A stretch of DNA of 64,000 nucleotides, from the NCBI RefSeq assembly GCF_009914755.1, contig NC_060927.1, one strand, 5' to 3'. The position numbers were made by a program, and so were the translations under genes. The stretch is from the human T2T-CHM13v2.0 reference genome, Homo sapiens. The notes beneath the pieces were generated by a model. That model worked only from the letters and a program-made list of their open reading frames with translations, was not told the origin of the DNA and searched no databases. Positions 57,486 through 64,000 of this stretch are shown here, in pieces (position 1 is the stretch's first letter; each line of letters opens with the position of its first letter).

Positions 57486-58049
57486 ATTTAAATTGTATCA
57501 TGTTGTTTGATAGTACTGTCTCATTTGTACTAGGAGACAATTAAAGGATTAAGGGAAAGATGTAGTATTCCTGTTTTCCTGGAATGCACCTCCTGTGACA
57601 ACCCTAATTAGGACCCCCAGTGAGAACATTGAATTGTAGGAAATGATAGTTGTGCTCAAGGCCCGGGTGACTCCTGCCCCATATGAGGACTTTCTCTTCA
57701 TTATCAACCTTAACAAACTTCGGGTTGGAGGGGTTTATTAAAGAGAGATCAGGTTTCATACACGAGACATTTGTTTACCCATATTTAAACACATAGTTCT
57801 TTATATAAATGTTACTGTTATAGGTTGCTTCATTTTTCCTTTTAACAGCACTTTGGTGAAGTTATGATTCCTTTTGGTGAAGTCATGATGATACTTTTAG
57901 AATATTGTCCACTGTCTGCACTGTCTTAGATTAATGAAAGCAGGACGCATTAGAAGTTGTTTTTTTTTATGGTTTATGTAGTCTATCTTGAAATGAGAGT
58001 CTTTTCAGATTGAACATTGTGGAACTCTGTATTTTCCAAACACTGAGAA

Positions 58050-58800
<751 letters not shown>

Positions 58801-59305
58801 AATTATTAATAAATATGGCTGAACAAAATTTTTTTTTTAGGAATAATGCTCTAAACTCCCTCTTAGGAATTTCAGTGTTATCCTTATTAATGTTATGTAT
58901 ATTTTGATATGGTAAAGGTTAAGACAAAAATTGTGGGATGTTTATTTTAGAAAAATACATTATTGCTTAGTCCAATTCTCTCTTAAGCAAAAGCTGTCTT
59001 CTACAGTATCCCCACAAATTGGATATTTCTCATGTCTGAACACTGCTATTGATAGGGACTTGATTAACTTATCAGGTAGGCGGTTTTGTTCATTTAATTC
59101 CAAAAAGAAAGCCCAAAGAAAATCTGTCTAAGGTAGGACACAATCTGGTAACTGGATATTACTAGCCTAGAGGTACTCAAAATTCAAATTGCTTCCTTGA
59201 AATAAGGGGTCAGATTGTTATGAGGAATGTGAGTGTGAAGAGAGTTCATGTTCCTACTTGAGCCAGTGTATTCCGTTGCTAAGTAGTGTTAGAATTCATT
59301 TTCAT

Positions 59306-59623
59306 TTTCTTTCTTTCTTTCTTTTTCTTTTTTTTTTTTTTTTGAGACAGAGTCTCACTCTTGCCCAGGCTGGAGTGCAGTGGCAAGATCTTGGCTCAGT
59401 GGAACCTCTGCCTCCTGGATTCAAGCAATTCTTGTGTCCCAGCCTCCCAAGTAGCTGGGACTACGGGCACCTGCCACCATGTCTGGCTAATTTTTTTACT
59501 TTTAGTAGAGATGGGGTTTCACCATTTTGGCCAGGCTGATCTCGAACTCCTGACCTCAGGTGATCTGCCCCTCTTGGCCTCCCAAAGTGCTGGGATTACA
59601 GGTGTGAGCCACTGTGCCTGGTC
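59306..59623 (-). mobile_element. AluS
   Basis: 15-bp TSD AGAATTCATTTTCAT at 59291-59305 and 59624-59638. Confidence 0.97.
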
Positions 59624-59648
59624 AGAATTCATTTTCATATAAGGCTAA

Positions 59649-60018
<370 letters not shown>

Positions 60019-60122
60019 TGACCATTATTTAAATAAAAGCCTTTAAGTTATTTGAGAAAGAGACAGGATAAAGGTTCTTTGTTCTTTTGGCTATCCTTCA
60101 TAGGATATAATTTCCTTTATAA

Positions 60123-60672
<550 letters not shown>

Positions 60673-61044
60673 CTGAATATTTTAAGGATAGTGAAGCTCT
60701 CACCTGGTTTGTGTTAAATGGAGGTTTGTGTATGTGTGTGTGTGTTTTAATTCTAAGACATATCAGTTCCTTTGGTATCTAAGACACATTGTTGTCTCAT
60801 TTTGAATTTGAGGTTCATCAGAGTATGTAGATATTTTTCATATGAACCACTATTTTTTTTACACAAACTGCTATTATATTGTCTCTACAATTACCATCTT
60901 TATAGTACTTTGAAAGTTTTTTTTTAAAGTATTCTTGTATTTCTCATTTACTTAACACCGAAAAATTAAATTTTTTAAAAGCAGAAAGAAAATTCTAAAT
61001 TGTACTCAGTTAGTTACAGTGTTCTTAACACTACTATATATCCA

Positions 61045-61750
61045 TACAGGAATTTCCACCAACAGTGTATAATTCCCTTTTCTCCACAACCTTGCCAGCA
61101 TCTGTTATTTTCTCACTTTTAAGAATAACCATTCTGAGTGGTGTGAGATGGTATCTCATTGTGGGTTTGATTTGCATCTCTTTGATGATTAGTGATATGG
61201 AGCACTTTTTCATATGTGTGTTGGCTATTTCTATATCTTCTTTTGAGAAGTTCCTCTTCACGTTCTTTGCCTACTTTTTTAATGGGGTTATTTGGTTTTT
61301 GCTTGTTGATTTGTTAATATTCCTGAGAGATTCTGGATAATTGTCCTTTGTCGCATGCATAGCTTGAAAATATTTTCTCCCATTCTGTAGGTTGTCTGTT
61401 TACTCCATTGATAGTTTCTTTTATTGTGCAGAAGCTGTCAATTTTTGTTTTAGTTGCATTTGCTTTTGAAGTCTTAGTCATAAATTCTTTGACTAGATCA
61501 ATGTCTAGAATGGTATTTCCTAGGTCTCCTTCTGGGACTTTTATAGTTTGAGATCTTACATTTAAGTCTCTAATCCTTCCTCAGTTAGTTTTTGTATATC
61601 TTAACTGGTAGGAGTCCAGTTTCATTCTTCTGCAGCCAGTTTTCCCATCACCGTTTATTGAATAGGGTATCCTTTTCCTATTGTTTATTTTTGTCAACTT
61701 AATTGAAGACCAGTTGGTTGTAGGTGTGCAGCTTTATTTCAGGGATCTCT
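61045..61750 (-). mobile_element. L1 ORF2 C-terminal fragment (L1PB/L1MA-like)
   Basis: ORF-track peptide [41 protein letters not shown] is the L1 ORF2p C-terminus. Confidence 0.9.
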
Positions 61751-62229
61751 GAATTTATTTCAGGGTGTCTGCATTTTAAATGAAAAGTATTCTACTGTAT
61801 AGATGCTCCATCATTAATTGATTCTGTAATTTGTTTTAATGCTTCCTTTTTGTTGGACATTTTGGTTGTTTTCAATTTGGGCTATTATAAATAAGTCAGA
61901 GGAATGCTTTCATACATCCTTAGTTATTTTTATTTTTTTTCTTATGAAGAATTCCTAGAAGTAGGATTGGTAGGTCAAAGGGCAGGTATATTTTAAAATC
62001 TTTTCAGAGAAAGTTCCCAAGTGCCCTCCAGCAGTGCTCCTATCTGCAGTGTCTATTAATTTGATGGTTAAAACATGATAGGTTATTATTTTTCATTTCT
62101 GTTTTCAAAATTGACTTTTATAATTGTAACTTAAGGTTAAAACCTTACTTTTTTTTTTTATATTTCAACCTATAAATATAAGTTTTTCTGTAAATCCCTT
62201 TGGGTCCTTTAAAATTACTCTGTCTTCTA

Positions 62230-63250
62230 AAAGAAACATTGTAACTCCAAGATGTATGCAGTTTGTAAGCCTATGTAGTTATAAGCCTCCTATGTCCTCA
62301 TCCAGTTCATTGATAACAATGTTATAAACAGTTTGAGTCCAAATATAGAATCCTCACGCATGGTACTAGAAACAGTTACTCCACATTGATAAAGATCTTC
62401 TAATAAATTAGAGTCTTGGGCAACTGTTTAGTCTGTTTTGAAACTACCTGATTGAGAGGTGATCCAGCCTATTGTTTTCTATTTTTTTCTACAAAAATTC
62501 CATGAGACTATCAATTTTTTTTAAGAGATTTTATATTAATTGGTATGCATAGTGGTTATAAAAATAAGGCCTCTGCAAATAGAGAGTACTGGGTTTGAAT
62601 CCTAGCCCCATAATTGACTAACCCCATAAACTTGGGCAGGTTGCTTTAACTTTGTATGCCCCAGTATCCTCATCTTTAAAATTCCAATAATATTTTTTCT
62701 CATAACATTATTATGAGGATTAAATAAAAAATATGTAATTCTTGGCATAAAGTTGTGTTCAATGAGTGTTGGCTATTCCTGTCAATAACTTTGGGTGTCC
62801 AAATGTTACAGGTTAGTAATTTTAATAAAAAATTAAATTAAAATATGGCATGACCTTTTAATGAACTGATGATAGCTGTATCAGTGCTTCCTTTTATATG
62901 ATCTCACAAATCATCTAAATAATAATTTTTAAAAGAATGTGTTCTACAGATTTTCTAGGAAATTACATGACTGTCTCCATTCTCTATTTTCTATACTCCT
63001 TGAGAAGCAAGATTTATTTTTCCATGTCATCCTTCTGTCATAGTCAGTGATCATATCTGTACTTCATCAGAAAATTCTGGGTTATAATTTGTCTAGGACT
63101 GAGGAGTTATAATTATTCATGTAAGACAGACATGTACACTTTCTTTCCATCTATCTTAGGCTTCAGTTGGCTCTTAGCTATGTTTACTATACCTTTTCCA
63201 GTTTAAGGATCATTCTCCTTGATAGAACTAAATAGGAATTGAGTAGTTCC
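62230..63250 (-). mobile_element. CR1/L3 LINE reverse-transcriptase remnant, split by a MIR
   Basis: Minus strand near 62300-62373 gives VSSTMREDSIFGLKLF / NIVINELDEDI, similar to CR1 RT [27 protein letters not shown]. Outer limits are approximate. Confidence 0.6.
62545..62778 (+). mobile_element. MIR SINE
   Basis: 'catagtggtta...ctgggtttgaatcctagc...cttgggcaggttgcttt..c...cagtatcctcatctttaaaat...atgaggattaaat'. Confidence 0.85.
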
Positions 63251-64000
63251 ACTTTCTCTGTCATTTGGTTCTATTCATTCAGCAAGCATTTATTGAACAG
63301 CTAAGTTTATGGCACTGCCATGAGTGCTTGAAGAAAGATGGCCCTGGGAACAGTACTTGTCTTCAGAAAGTACCAATATGAGTGTGAGTGTATGTGTGTT
63401 GGTGACAGTGTGTAGGGGGAATTGGTGAGTGTCAACAAAAGAGGGAGGGATCACAAAATTCCATTTACAACATTTCCCTTTGTTTTAAAATACCAAGATC
63501 ACTTTGTGTCTTTGCTTTACTATGTTATTTCATCAAGTGTGAGGACAAAATTATTGCTCTCAAATTTGTTTCCTGATTAATTACTATTACTGTAATTTTA
63601 TTTTTTTGTTGTCATTGTCATACATATTTTTTTCATCATCTGGAATTTTAATTTTACAGTCAAATTTGAGTATTAAATTACTTTGCTAGTATCTTGCTGG
63701 CTGTAATAGTCTCAGTCCACACCACTAGGCCTAAGTTGCCTCTCACTGTGGACTGAATCCCAAGTGTTGTTCAGAACCACATGTTGCACTTTGTAGAAAC
63801 ATGTCACAACCAGCTTTTTCTTTGCCATATTTGTGTTTATTGTGCAGTATCATTACGTTCAATGAGTAGGAGATACGAAAATATCACCTAGGTTATATTA
63901 TCCTATAATTTTCTATATATGACTTCGTAGATTTCTTCTGACAGAAGCATTTGTTGATGTGGTATAGTAAAGAGGGAATAATGTTTGGAAGAAGATAAAT

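Overview
This is primate (probably human) nuclear DNA: AT-rich, repeat-dense and with no supportable protein-coding exon. A single CpG island (~31.74-32.51 kb) looks like the promoter and non-coding first exon(s) of a + strand gene. It has donors CAG|GTAATC after 31971 and CAG|GTAAAG after 32410. Downstream is probably intron, with two candidate small 5'-UTR exons (50183-50254/50326 and 55726-55771). I do not recognise the gene and give no symbol. Upstream is intergenic DNA made of nested retroelements. These include two decayed class III (ERV-L-like) pol remnants, one RNase H region and one integrase plus dUTPase, along with many solo LTRs, old L1/L2/MIR and a Tigger3 DNA transposon. The presumed intron holds a ~5.8 kb sense-oriented old L1PA-type element, two same-family LTRs, MER30, a CR1/L3 remnant and several inverted Alu pairs. 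Nearly all ORFs in the track are Alu-, L1-, LTR- or GC-derived, or chance ORFs. I found no evidence of a new biological system. Repeat subfamily names come from recalled consensus sequences and need RepeatMasker/Dfam confirmation.
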